Positions 25,819 through 35,519 of a stretch of DNA of 36,533 bases are shown here, in pieces; within the stretch, counting starts at the first letter, position 1, and each line of letters starts with the position of its first letter. The stretch lies in the sequence record DRR378314_128; one strand, given 5' to 3'. Made by a program: the position numbers and the translations under genes. The notes beneath the pieces were generated by a model. That model worked only from the letters and a program-made list of their open reading frames with translations. It had not been told where the DNA came from and searched no databases.

Positions 25819-26819
25819 CCTTCAATAACGGGGCGCAGTGTGCCCCGTTCCACCACTGAGCAGGGGAAGATCCGTGCCTCTGGGTATCGGTCGGGCTCGT
25901 TCAGGGTCGCTACCATCAACTCGATCGACGAACTGACGATCTGACGGATTGGCTGATGGATGGTGGTGAGGTCGATATTCTCCCACCGTGCCATCTCCAT
26001 ATCATTCAAGCCAATAATGCCGATATCTTCAGGTACCTTTAGGTCACTATCCAAAATCGCCGACAGCACACCGATGGACAAAACGTCGTCACCGCAGAAA
26101 TACGCCTCGGCCCGTTCAGATTTCAAAAGGCGCAGCATTTCCTGACGACCTGCCTTGAACGAGTAGGCCTCGGCAAACGAACAGGACACACCAATCTTAG
26201 GATGCTGCGCCATTTCCGACATAAAGCCCGCATGGCGGTCCTGGGTCGAGGTAGCGGCCTCGGGCCCGCCTAGAAAGGCCACCTCTTTATACCCGCGCGC
26301 CACCAGTTCACGTGCGGCCATGCGCCCGCATTCCACGTTATCGATCCCGACAACATGGACTTGTGGCGAGGATGATGATCGGCCAAAGCTGTGCACCACT
26401 GGCACGCCCGCATCACGAAACGCCTTGGCAAAGCCGGGTGGTAAAGTCGAAGAAGCGACTACAACGCCGTCGACCGAATACTGCCGGAGCATTCGAACCG
26501 AATTCTCGGGTTCGACCTCATCGGTCAGGTTCACCAGTAGTGGGCGCAGGCCCCGGTCCTGCAAGCCACGGGTAAAGAGGTCGAAAACCTCAAGGAAGAT
26601 CGGGTTGTGAAAGTTGTTCGACACCAACCCGATTAGCTTGGTTCGCCCCGTCGTCAGTGACGAGGCCAGCGCGTTCGGGCTGTATCCCAGCTCTCGCGCG
26701 GCCTTCTCGACCTTGCGCCGCATCTTGTCGGAAACCGAGGCCCCATCCGTGAAAGTGCGCGACACGGCGGATCGGGATACACCCGCGCGTTCTGCAACCT
26801 CTTTCAATGTGACAGCCAT
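25815..26819 (-). CDS. LacI-family transcriptional regulator of the inositol cluster
   Basis: VTLKEVAERAGVSRSAVSR HTH, LGYSPNALA hinge, VPEDI.IIG..D, LTTI.QP. Confidence 0.95.
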   Translation of the reverse strand: MAVTLKEVAERAGVSRSAVSRTFTDGASVSDKMRRKVEKAARELGYSPNALASSLTTGRTKLIGLVSNNFHNPIFLEVFDLFTRGLQDRGLRPLLVNLTDEVEPENSVRMLRQYSVDGVVVASSTLPPGFAKAFRDAGVPVVHSFGRSSSSPQVHVVGIDNVECGRMAARELVARGYKEVAFLGGPEAATSTQDRHAGFMSEMAQHPKIGVSCSFAEAYSFKAGRQEMLRLLKSERAEAYFCGDDVLSIGVLSAILDSDLKVPEDIGIIGLNDMEMARWENIDLTTIHQPIRQIVSSSIELMVATLNEPDRYPEARIFPCSVVERGTLRPVIEG

Positions 26820-26901
26820 ATCCCGTTTGACCTTTCTAAGTTTTCAGCAGCCCTTTTACGCGTATTCCCTGGCAGATACAGTATGAAACACATCTAATAT
26901 G

Positions 26902-26921
26902 TTTTGCAACCGGTTGCAAAA
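26902..26921. promoter_or_regulatory. LacI-family operator between the regulator and the ABC transporter operon
   Basis: Perfect 20-bp palindrome TTTTGCAACCGGTTGCAAAA. Confidence 0.88.
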
Positions 26922-27006
26922 TGTGATCGGATATGCTCTAACTCGAGTCGGAGAGGTGCAGAGGGCAGCCTCAATCCGCGATAACATGAGTTTTTGGGAG
27001 GACATC

Positions 27007-27957
27007 ATGACTTCACTGACGAAGAAGCTGGCGCTGGCGGCGGTAGTCGCTGCGACGCCGCTGATCGCAGCCACGAGCGCTGCGGCGGAAGGTGAGAAAT
27101 ACATTCTGGTCAGCCACGCGCCAGACAGCGATAGCTGGTGGAACACGATCAAGAACGGTATCGCGCTTGCGGGCGATCAGATGGGTGTTGAGGTTGAATA
27201 CCGCAACCCGCCCACCGGCGATCTGGCCGACATGGCGCGGATCATCGATCAGGCTGCTGCTTCAGGGCCGAACGGAATCATCACAACTCTGGCCGATTAT
27301 GACGTGCTGAGCGGTCCGATTAAATCGGCCGTGGACGCGGGCGTCGATGTCATCATCATGAACACCGGCACCCCGGATCAGGCGCGCGAAGTTGGGGCGC
27401 TGATGTATGTGGGTCAGCCCGAATACGACGCCGGATTCGCTGCGGGGCAACGGGCCAAGGGCGACGGCATCGGATCGTTCCTTTGTGTGAACCACTATAT
27501 TGTTCAGCCCTCCAGCCAAGAACGCTGCCAGGGTTTTGCAGACGGTCTAGGGATCGAACTGGGCAATCAGATGATCGATGCCGGTCAGGACCCGGCCGAA
27601 ATCAAGAACCGCGTACTGGCTTATCTGTCGGCGAACCCCGATACCGATGCGGTACTGACGCTTGGCCCAGTCTCGGCTGATCCGACCATTCTGGCACTTG
27701 AAGAAAACGGCATGGCCGGTGACATCTATTTCGGAACCTTCGATCTGGGTGGTGAGATTGTCAAAGGCATCAAGTCTGGCGTGATCCAGTGGGGTATCGA
27801 CCAGCAGCCGTTCCTGCAGGCCTATCTGCCGGTTGTCGTCATGACCAACTATCACCGCTATGGCGTCCTGCCCGGCAACAACATCAACTCGGGCCCCGGT
27901 TTCGTAACCGCTGACGGTCTGACCAAAATCGAAGAATTCGCTGGCGAGTACCGCTAA
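27007..27957 (+). CDS. Inositol/sugar ABC transporter substrate-binding protein
   Basis: Signal peptide; SH...DSWW..IKNG, YVGQPEY.AG, IDQQP.LQ.Y. GGAGG RBS before the ATG at 27007. Confidence 0.93.
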   Translation: MTSLTKKLALAAVVAATPLIAATSAAAEGEKYILVSHAPDSDSWWNTIKNGIALAGDQMGVEVEYRNPPTGDLADMARIIDQAAASGPNGIITTLADYDVLSGPIKSAVDAGVDVIIMNTGTPDQAREVGALMYVGQPEYDAGFAAGQRAKGDGIGSFLCVNHYIVQPSSQERCQGFADGLGIELGNQMIDAGQDPAEIKNRVLAYLSANPDTDAVLTLGPVSADPTILALEENGMAGDIYFGTFDLGGEIVKGIKSGVIQWGIDQQPFLQAYLPVVVMTNYHRYGVLPGNNINSGPGFVTADGLTKIEEFAGEYR

Positions 27958-27967
27958 TTCTTACAGC

Positions 27968-27998
27968 GCGGGCACCCTGAGCATAGGGTGCCCGCTTT
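27968..27998 (+). terminator. Stem-loop after the SBP gene (terminator or mRNA-stabilising hairpin)
   Basis: GCGGGCACCCT-GAGCAT-AGGGTGCCCGC-TTT. Confidence 0.7.
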
Positions 27999-28043
27999 GA
28001 CTTTTAGACGTAAAATCACTGTTTTTATCGGAGGAGCGCTCTC

Positions 28044-29168
28044 ATGGGCGAGTCTGCTCAAAACGCGACTTTAAATGACGAACGGATCAAAGAGATCTCG
28101 CCGTTGCGCAAGGCCCTGATCCGGCCCGAGCTTGGCGGGATGGTTGGCACCGTCGCCGTGTTCACCTTCTTCCTGCTGTTCGCATTCGACAGCGGTATGT
28201 TCAACGCGCAGGGCATGATGAACTGGTCGGTCGTCTCGGCGCAATTCATGATTATTGCAGTGGGTGCCTGTCTTCTGATGATCGCGGGTGAGTTTGACCT
28301 GTCGGTCGGTTCGATGATCGGTTTCTCCGGAATGATGATCGCCATTTTCTCGGTCACGCTGGCGTGGCCGGTTTGGATGGCCATTATCGTGACCTTTGCC
28401 ATGGCAATGGCGATAGGTGCGCTCAATGGCTGGATTGTGATACGAACCGGTTTGCCCAGCTTTATCGTAACGCTGGCTTTCCTGTTCATTTTGCGCGGTT
28501 TCACCATTTTCCTGCCTCAGGTGATTGAACGTAAAACGATCATCGGTGGCGTTAAGGATGTGGCAGAAGGCGACTGGCTGGCCCCAATCTTTGGTGGCAA
28601 AATCCTGCAAGGATTGTTCCAATGGCTGGGCGACGCCGGGGTCATCGCGGTGTTTGAACGCGGCACGCGTCAGGGCCAACCGGTCGTTGATGGCATTCCG
28701 ATGTTGATCGTCTGGGCCATAGTTTTGATCATCTTTGGACATGTCCTGTTGACCAAAACCAAATTTGGCAACTGGATATTTGCCTCCGGTGGCGATGCCG
28801 AGGCTGCCCGTAACTCGGGTGTACCAGTCAACAAGGTCAAGATCCTGATGTTCATGCTCACGGCCTTCTGCGCCACAGTGTTTGCGGTCTGCCAGGTCAT
28901 GGAATTCGGGTCCGCCGGGGCTGATCGTGGCTTGTTGAAGGAATTCGAGGCGATCATCGCGGTTGTCATCGGTGGTGCGCTTTTGACCGGAGGTTATGGC
29001 TCGGTTCTGGGGGCGGCACTAGGTGCGCTGATTTTTGGGGTGGTACAGCAGGGTCTGTTTTTCGCCGGTGTTGAAAGCTCGCTTTTCCGGGTGTTCCTGG
29101 GCGTCATCCTTCTGGGGGCTGTGATCCTCAACACCTATATCCGCCGCATCATCACAGGGGAGCGTTGA
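28044..29168 (+). CDS. Sugar ABC transporter permease (RbsC-like)
   Basis: GEFDLSVGS, LPSFIVTL, FGNWIFA.GG..EAA...GV, E.EAI.AVVIGG..L.GG.GS. Confidence 0.94.
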   Translation: MGESAQNATLNDERIKEISPLRKALIRPELGGMVGTVAVFTFFLLFAFDSGMFNAQGMMNWSVVSAQFMIIAVGACLLMIAGEFDLSVGSMIGFSGMMIAIFSVTLAWPVWMAIIVTFAMAMAIGALNGWIVIRTGLPSFIVTLAFLFILRGFTIFLPQVIERKTIIGGVKDVAEGDWLAPIFGGKILQGLFQWLGDAGVIAVFERGTRQGQPVVDGIPMLIVWAIVLIIFGHVLLTKTKFGNWIFASGGDAEAARNSGVPVNKVKILMFMLTAFCATVFAVCQVMEFGSAGADRGLLKEFEAIIAVVIGGALLTGGYGSVLGAALGALIFGVVQQGLFFAGVESSLFRVFLGVILLGAVILNTYIRRIITGER

Positions 29169-29169
29169 T

Positions 29170-29958
29170 ATGAATCCCGAACATGCACCCATCATCCAGA
29201 TGAAAAACATCGAGAAGCACTTCGGCAGCGTGATCGCGCTGGCGGGTGTCTCGGTGGATGTGTTCCCCGGTGAATGTCACTGTCTTCTCGGCGATAACGG
29301 CGCGGGCAAGTCCACCTTCATCAAGACCATGTCCGGTGTGCACCAGCCCACCCATGGCGAAATCTTGTTCGAAGGCAAGCCAATGCACTTTAACGACCCG
29401 CGCGATGCCATCGAGGCGGGGATTGCTACGGTGCACCAGCATTTGGCGATGATCCCGTTGATGTCCGTTTCGCGTAACTTCTTCATGGGCAATGAGCCGG
29501 TGAAGAAAATTGGCCCGATCAACTTCTTCGATCATGAGTATGCAAACAACGTCACGATGGAAGAAATGAAGAAGATGGGGATCAACCTGCGTGGACCGGA
29601 TCAGGCGGTCGGCACGCTGTCCGGTGGTGAACGCCAGACGGTCGCCATCGCACGTGCGGTTCATTTCGGCGCCAAAGTTCTGATCCTTGATGAACCGACC
29701 TCGGCTCTTGGTGTGCGTCAGACGGCCAATGTGCTGGCAACCATCGACAAGGTGCGCAAGCAAGGTATCGCGGTGGTCTTCATCACACACAATGTCCGCC
29801 ATGCGCTGGCGGTAGGGGATCGGTTCACGGTTCTGAACCGGGGCAAGACCCTGGGTACGGCGCAGCGCGGACAGATCACCCCGGAAGAGCTGCAGGACCT
29901 GATGGCCGGCGGTCAGGAGATGGTCGCGCTTGAGGGCAGCCTTGGAGGCACCGTTTGA
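29170..29958 (+). CDS. Sugar ABC transporter ATP-binding protein
   Basis: GDNGAGKST, LSGGERQ, ILDEPT, ITHN. Confidence 0.95.
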   Translation: MNPEHAPIIQMKNIEKHFGSVIALAGVSVDVFPGECHCLLGDNGAGKSTFIKTMSGVHQPTHGEILFEGKPMHFNDPRDAIEAGIATVHQHLAMIPLMSVSRNFFMGNEPVKKIGPINFFDHEYANNVTMEEMKKMGINLRGPDQAVGTLSGGERQTVAIARAVHFGAKVLILDEPTSALGVRQTANVLATIDKVRKQGIAVVFITHNVRHALAVGDRFTVLNRGKTLGTAQRGQITPEELQDLMAGGQEMVALEGSLGGTV

Positions 29959-29964
29959 TAATTT

Positions 29965-29993
29965 TCACCCCGCTGGCAGTGACGGCGGGGTGA
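29965..29993. terminator. Hairpin between convergent operons
   Basis: TCACCCCGCTG-GCAGTGA-CGGCGGGGTGA. Confidence 0.65.
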
Positions 29994-30536
29994 CTACTTT
30001 TTCTCGAAGAATAGAATAACCTCACCCAGTCGTACGCCGAAACGCGAAACATAGGCTCTGTTCAGTAATCGGTCTTCGGACAAAAGCCACATCCAATCAT
30101 CGAAATTGACACGCATGGTGTCTTCTTTAACGGGCAGGTCGATCTTGTATTTCCAGTTGAAGGTATCACCCCGCTCAACGCCACTTGCAGTGCCCAAAAC
30201 GCCGGGTGCTGTACCGGTCCAAGTGTCCTCACCGGTTTTGGTCAGCGTCCAAATTCGCTGTTCGGTCGCGCCGTCGTCATAGATGAAATCCTCAACCAGC
30301 GTCAGCGTTTCACCATCCCAAGTACCATTAATGTCGACCGTGAAACGGCGCGGGACATTGCCCAGTACATCCTGAAACTGGCCGTAGGCGACAGTCTTGC
30401 CCTCAAAGAACTCTTCAAGGTTCAGTTGGCGATCTGACAGAAAGGACTTCGGGATGCGCGGCTTTGCCGAGCAGGCGGCGAGCATCGCCAGCCCCGCAAG
30501 GGCGACGACCACGATCAGTGTACGGCGGGCAATCAT
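29994..30536 (-). CDS. DUF3833 family lipoprotein
   Basis: Lipobox LAAC; FF.G...AYG.FQD, L.EDF.YDDG...R.W, FDDWMW, NRA...FG. Confidence 0.88.
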   Translation of the reverse strand: MIARRTLIVVVALAGLAMLAACSAKPRIPKSFLSDRQLNLEEFFEGKTVAYGQFQDVLGNVPRRFTVDINGTWDGETLTLVEDFIYDDGATEQRIWTLTKTGEDTWTGTAPGVLGTASGVERGDTFNWKYKIDLPVKEDTMRVNFDDWMWLLSEDRLLNRAYVSRFGVRLGEVILFFEKK

Positions 30537-31150
30537 TGTAAAAGCCTTTGTTCAGACTCTGAATTATGCCCGTTTGCTCTATGCAGATTGGCTGATTTCA
30601 CCTCGGGGGCTGGGCGCATCGTGGCGATCAATTCGGCAACCTTGATCCCGAATTTAAGCATCTCGGATCGGTTCATGATCGCCCCATTCTCGGTCAGGTA
30701 CATCCAATCGGTTACATCCAAAGAATGTCCCCCCGCGTCTTTGGGCAGAATGATCCGATAGGTTAGTTTCACAGTCGCTCCTGAGATCACGCCTTTGCCT
30801 TCGCCCACAATGTCATCTGCAGTTGCGGTAAACGTGTTCCCGGTGCCCAGCGTCAGATACCATTTCCGAGTCATCTTCTTGCCGTTGGAATAGGTGAAAT
30901 ATTCGGTCAGTGTCCCCGTGTTACCGTCCCATTCGCCGACCATACGCGCGACAAAGCTGTTCGACATCTTGCCATTTGGGCCGTAGATCAGCCCTTCTGA
31001 CAGGATCTCTCCGTTCAGGTTTTCTTTCAGTGAGAACTCAGGCCCGGTCCCGCTGTAGTCAGACGGGGATTGCGCGCGGAAGCTTAGGAAACGGTTCTTC
31101 AAAGCGATCAGCGTGAAAATTGCGAGCAGACAAATCAGGAGAGTTTTCAT
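30533..31150 (-). CDS. DUF3833 family protein (second, divergent paralog)
   Basis: L.G....EG.IYGP.G....F, G.L.E.F.YS.G....R.W, DWMY, NRS...KFG.KVAEL. Confidence 0.85.
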   Translation of the reverse strand: MKTLLICLLAIFTLIALKNRFLSFRAQSPSDYSGTGPEFSLKENLNGEILSEGLIYGPNGKMSNSFVARMVGEWDGNTGTLTEYFTYSNGKKMTRKWYLTLGTGNTFTATADDIVGEGKGVISGATVKLTYRIILPKDAGGHSLDVTDWMYLTENGAIMNRSEMLKFGIKVAELIATMRPAPEVKSANLHRANGHNSESEQRLLQ

Positions 31151-32370
31151 TTGGCAGCGCCCTCTGTCGGGAGCGTCAGGACCATGCCAAACGCTCCGAG
31201 TTTGAGAATGCAGGGCAGTACCGCATAGGCGATGGTGAGCGTGTTCAAAGCCTCAGCCGAATTAGCCTGTCCTGGAATAAAGCCACTGCGTTCCAGCAGC
31301 GGCAGAGTGAAAAATGCAGCCAGAGCGAGCCCCAGCTTGCCCGCGAAGGACCAGATGCCGAATGCGGCGGAGGCGTTCAGCCCAGCCCGTGTCAGAACAA
31401 CCGAGAACATGGCTGGCAGGACGACCATATCCGCCCCAAGCGCTGCGCCTGAAGAAAGGCAAATGACAGCAAACCCGGCTAGATTTCCAGGTGCCAGAAG
31501 CGCTGCGCCGACAAAGCCAAGTATGGCCAGTGGCATCGCGATTATCAGAGTCTGTTTCGGGCCAATCCGGTTGCTGAGCCGTGCCCAGAATGGAACGCTC
31601 AACCCGGCGCTGAGGAAAAACAGGATCAGCAGTGGCCCAGCTATGCCGGGCAGTTGCAGGCGGTCTTCGACAAAGAACAAAAACAAGGTCGAGGTGATCG
31701 CAACTGGAAGGCTGTTTACCAGCGCCAGCGCGAGCAGGCGCAGCGCCCCGGCTTGTCCTAGCCCGTGGAAAGACAAACCCTGCCCGGTGATCGGTGGACG
31801 TCGCCATATCGGTAAGGTGACGATCAATGTGATCACGGCCAGAACTCCAAGGAACAGCCCAAAGGCCGGGTATCCCTGCGCCCCTGCGCCCAGTGCCACG
31901 AACAGCGCGGGCGCGGCTGCCGCGATAATGACGCCGGTCAGTTGCCCGCCTTCGCGGAAGGCTGCAAGCGTCATCAGCTCTTTTGGGCTGGTCTGCTTGG
32001 CCAGCGTCGCGCTTCGACCATAAAGCAGGATTGTCCCGAGGCTATAGGCCGAGAACAACAGGATCAAAACAGACACTAACGCGTAGATACTCGCACCTTT
32101 CGACAGGCCGAAGAGCAATGGAAATCCGATCGCCAGACCCAACGCGGCGGCAGCGGCGAACAACATCTGCCCACCAGGCCAGCGGTCAATTGCCCAGCCG
32201 ATCAGCGGGTCTTGCACCAGATCGACCAACCGGATGACCAACAGCACTGCGCCAATCATCCCCAGCCCGATGCCCAGATTTACGGCAGCAAAGCGCGGCA
32301 GATGGATGTAAAGCGGGATACCCGCCGCAGCAAGCATCAGCGCATAGAGGCTGACACGCGGATACAGCAT
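31147..32370 (-). CDS. MFS transporter (MFS_2/GPH-like)
   Basis: About 12 hydrophobic segments; R..D.VQDPLIGW..D, P.W..LS.R.G, FG.WSF..K, Y..LPC.LKL. Confidence 0.9.
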   Translation of the reverse strand: MLYPRVSLYALMLAAAGIPLYIHLPRFAAVNLGIGLGMIGAVLLVIRLVDLVQDPLIGWAIDRWPGGQMLFAAAAALGLAIGFPLLFGLSKGASIYALVSVLILLFSAYSLGTILLYGRSATLAKQTSPKELMTLAAFREGGQLTGVIIAAAAPALFVALGAGAQGYPAFGLFLGVLAVITLIVTLPIWRRPPITGQGLSFHGLGQAGALRLLALALVNSLPVAITSTLFLFFVEDRLQLPGIAGPLLILFFLSAGLSVPFWARLSNRIGPKQTLIIAMPLAILGFVGAALLAPGNLAGFAVICLSSGAALGADMVVLPAMFSVVLTRAGLNASAAFGIWSFAGKLGLALAAFFTLPLLERSGFIPGQANSAEALNTLTIAYAVLPCILKLGAFGMVLTLPTEGAAK

Positions 32371-32906
32371 CAGTTCCCTCGCAAAGCCTGCGTGAATGCC
32401 GCCGACCGGGTGTTCTCACCCAGAAAGATCGACATGAAACTGCGTTTGATGCCTGGATAGGACATGGTGCAGACCTTCTGCCCGTTTAGCCAAAACCCGA
32501 CCTTGTTCGGCCCCCGCGAAATTGCGACATAGCGGTCGCCCTTGCTGACCGCGTCGAAACAGACCTCGAGCTGCGCGCGCACAGGGGCCGCACGTCCGAT
32601 CCGCCTCATTTCGTCCAATGTCGAGTTCACCAGAGCCTTCTTGGACAGATTTCGACGATAGCGAAGTTCGAGGCCGAAATCCTGATTCCAATTCAGAGGC
32701 GCTGCGCCTTGTGTGAATAGCTGTGCGTCGTAAATCGGGAACCCCAGATATCGGAACGTCGCCGTGCCGCGTAATTCAGCATTGTTGAGGACACCCAAAA
32801 CAGGTGACGCCGCTAACCCACCGGGGAGCAGCAGCAGCAGCGACGCAAGTGCTGCATAGACACTAGGCCGAGGCGGGAACGGCGGGTTCATTCTTTGATA
32901 TGCCAT
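32370..32906 (-). CDS. Chalcone-isomerase-like (Chalcone_3) fold protein
   Basis: G...FRYLGF.IYDA.L, L.L.Y.R, V..GD, F..IFLGENT. GGAG RBS before the ATG at 32906. Confidence 0.75.
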   Translation of the reverse strand: MAYQRMNPPFPPRPSVYAALASLLLLLPGGLAASPVLGVLNNAELRGTATFRYLGFPIYDAQLFTQGAAPLNWNQDFGLELRYRRNLSKKALVNSTLDEMRRIGRAAPVRAQLEVCFDAVSKGDRYVAISRGPNKVGFWLNGQKVCTMSYPGIKRSFMSIFLGENTRSAAFTQALRGN

Positions 32907-34191
32907 TGTCAGCTCCGATGATCTGCGGGATGCCTGTGAGGCGCTCGACGACATGCATCGCGCTGGCAATCCCGTCTTCGTGAAAGCCGTGCCTGTTATA
33001 GGCGCCGGCAAACCAGGTTCGGTTTTGTCCCTGCATCTCGCGGATTTGGCCTTGCGCACGCAGGGCCGCTTTGTCGAATACCGGATGGGCAAATTCGACC
33101 TCGTCATAGATCTTGTCAGCGGGAATGTCTGATGCGGCATTCAGTGTCACAAAAAGCGGGTCGCTGTCGGGGATGTTCTGAAGCCGGTTCATCCAATATG
33201 TGACCCCAACATTGCCTTTTTGTGACCTGTACGTCCAACTGGACCAACAGGCGCGCCGCCGGGGCATCTGGCCGGGATCGCAATGAAGAATGGCTTTGTT
33301 CGGTTGATATTGGATCGCACCGAGTGCGGCTTTTTCGGCCTCAGTCGCTGCATCGCCCAAAATGGCGAGGGATTGATCAGAATGGGTGGCCAGAATGATC
33401 TCGTCAAACAGATCGATTTCACCGACTGCGTGAACGGTAACGCCCAGATCATGTCGTTCGATACGCTGCACGGGCGATGCCAGACGGATGTCGGAACCAC
33501 GCGTGCGCAGTGCAGCCTCAATCCGGCGCACATATTCGATGCTGCCACCCTTCACCGTGTACCATTGATGCTGATTGGCGCGGCCAGTGGCCAACAGCGC
33601 ATGATTGTGGAAGAATTGCACCAGCGAACGGGCGGGGAACTGATCGACAAACTCAACAGGCGTTGACCAGATCGCGCCGCACATGGGCATCAGGTAATTG
33701 TGCCGGAACCAATGGCCGAGGCGGAGCTGATCCACCAGCTCTCCGATCGTGGTGTCATCGTCCTGCGCAGCTTCGGGGGCCTCTTTGCCAAAGCGCAGGA
33801 TGTCGGCGATCATCTTGTAATATGCCGGGCGAGCCAGATTGCGTTTCTGCGCCGTCAACGTGCGCAGGTTGTTCAAACCGTATTCGATGCGGCCGTTGTC
33901 AATCGTGGCACCAAAGCTCATCTCGCTTTTGGTCACTGGCACATTCAGCTCGTCGAATAGGCGGGTCAGATACGGATATGTGGCATAGTTGAAGACGATG
34001 AATCCGGTGTCGACCGGCTGATCGCCATTGCGCCCCGCCATCACTGTTCGCGCGTGACCGCCCAACCGAGGCTCCGCCTCAAACACGGTTACATCGTGGT
34101 TTTCAGAAAGGTAATAAGCTGCGGAAAGACCTGAAATGCCTGCGCCTATGACTGCGATTTTCTTGCGTACGCCCCGGGTTTCGTCGAACAT
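32863..34191 (-). CDS. FAD-dependent oxidoreductase (COG2907-type; UfaD-like fatty-acyl desaturase)
   Basis: IGAGISGLSAA, RLGGHA.T, VDTGFIVFN..TYP, AIWS, FF.NH.LL, SWTY, TYWMNRLQ, HPVF, GFHEDG. Confidence 0.9.
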   Translation of the reverse strand: MFDETRGVRKKIAVIGAGISGLSAAYYLSENHDVTVFEAEPRLGGHARTVMAGRNGDQPVDTGFIVFNYATYPYLTRLFDELNVPVTKSEMSFGATIDNGRIEYGLNNLRTLTAQKRNLARPAYYKMIADILRFGKEAPEAAQDDDTTIGELVDQLRLGHWFRHNYLMPMCGAIWSTPVEFVDQFPARSLVQFFHNHALLATGRANQHQWYTVKGGSIEYVRRIEAALRTRGSDIRLASPVQRIERHDLGVTVHAVGEIDLFDEIILATHSDQSLAILGDAATEAEKAALGAIQYQPNKAILHCDPGQMPRRRACWSSWTYRSQKGNVGVTYWMNRLQNIPDSDPLFVTLNAASDIPADKIYDEVEFAHPVFDKAALRAQGQIREMQGQNRTWFAGAYNRHGFHEDGIASAMHVVERLTGIPQIIGADNGISKNEPAVPASA

Positions 34192-34221
34192 TCCATCCTC
34201 GTTATTCGGCTTTTACAATAG

Positions 34222-34249
34222 GATACGCAGGGGAGGCTTCTATGGATCA
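34222..34249 (-). promoter_or_regulatory. RpoE (ECF11, ChrR-controlled) promoter for the oxidoreductase operon
   Basis: Minus strand reads TGATCC-N16-CGTATC. Confidence 0.75.
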
Positions 34250-34318
34250 ACCGGATTAGAAGTTTTTTTCGAACGCACTATGATGTGGTGCCTGGTCGTT
34301 TGTTCGATGGATCAGGCG

Positions 34319-34346
34319 TGATCCAATGCAGGCATCGGGCCGTAAT
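34319..34346 (+). promoter_or_regulatory. RpoE (ECF11) promoter for the SDR gene
   Basis: TGATCC-N16-CGTAAT. Confidence 0.75.
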
Positions 34347-34375
34347 GATCTCAGCAACACCAAAAAGGCCCAGGC

Positions 34376-35101
34376 ATGCACGGATTTGAAGGAAATACTT
34401 ATTGGATCATCGGTGCCAGCGAAGGGCTGGGCCGGGCGCTTGCCGAAGCATTGAGCCATAAGGGTGCGCATCTGGTCCTGTCGGCACGGAATGTTCCCCG
34501 ACTGGAAGAGATCTGTGAAAACCTGCCCAATGCACGCGCAGTCCCGTTTGATGTGACCGATCTGGACGCTGTCAGCCGCGCGGTTGACGAGGTCGGCACA
34601 TTCGACGGTCTTGTTTACAATGCGGGTACATACGACCCGATCAACACGGCGGATTGGAATACCAAATCTGCTTTGGCAATCAGCGATGTAAACTACTCTG
34701 GCGCGCTTCGTGTGCTGGGTGAAACGGTGCCCGGTCTCATTCAGAAGGGACGCGGAGATATCACGTTGATCGGTTCATTGGCCGGATATCACGGCTTGCC
34801 CAACGCGATTTCATATGGGTCAAGCAAGGCCGCTCTGATTTCGTTGGCCGAGACCATGCGACATGATCTGGCGAGCACAGGCGTCACGATACGGATCGTA
34901 AACCCCGGTTTCATCGAGACACGCCTGACCGACAAAAACAGCTTTAAGATGCCGATGCTGATGACACCCGAGGATGCTGCTGACCGTGTGGTCCGGGCGA
35001 TGTCCCGACGCCGTTTTCGCACCGATTTCCCAGCGCCATTTTCATGGCTGATGCGCCTGATAGACTATCTACCAGATATTCTTGTTTACCGTGGAAAGTG
35101 A
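34376..35101 (+). CDS. Short-chain dehydrogenase/reductase
   Basis: WIIGASEGLG, YNAG, GS.AG, YGSSK (YxxxK), NPGFI.T.LTDKN.F.MP. Confidence 0.93.
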   Translation: MHGFEGNTYWIIGASEGLGRALAEALSHKGAHLVLSARNVPRLEEICENLPNARAVPFDVTDLDAVSRAVDEVGTFDGLVYNAGTYDPINTADWNTKSALAISDVNYSGALRVLGETVPGLIQKGRGDITLIGSLAGYHGLPNAISYGSSKAALISLAETMRHDLASTGVTIRIVNPGFIETRLTDKNSFKMPMLMTPEDAADRVVRAMSRRRFRTDFPAPFSWLMRLIDYLPDILVYRGK

Positions 35102-35103
35102 TC

Positions 35104-35391
35104 TTATCCGCAGGTCAATCGCTGAATGATCCCAGAACCGTTCACATACACGTTCAGCCGATCTATGCGATAGTCCTGAGTGGCAATATCATCCGGGCCG
35201 AGAACGCGCGACCGCTCGGGAAGCTCGGCTTGAATTGTTGAGACCGGCTGGCCAATTGTATCGGCAAACGGTTGCCCCTGACAGAAAGCCAGATCGACCG
35301 ACGCATCTTCTGCTTCAGATGCTGCATCTTGGGGGGGCGAGTTCTCGGAACATGCGGTCAAAAGGATCAGGATCGGAAATAGGCGGTACAT
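35104..35391 (-). CDS. Peptidase inhibitor I78 family lipoprotein
   Basis: Lipobox LTAC; RVLGP...ATQDYR.DRLNV.V...G.I....CG. Confidence 0.88.
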   Translation of the reverse strand: MYRLFPILILLTACSENSPPQDAASEAEDASVDLAFCQGQPFADTIGQPVSTIQAELPERSRVLGPDDIATQDYRIDRLNVYVNGSGIIQRLTCG

Positions 35392-35519
35392 TGGCGCAAG
35401 GCTTTCTGTTGATGTCGTTTCTGAAATATCAAAGATTTAGCCAACCTGTCATGAAAGTGCAGTTGAAAAAACCCTGCAATTGACGCAGGGTCGGGCGAAA
35501 CTGTCAGGGAGAAAGTTAG

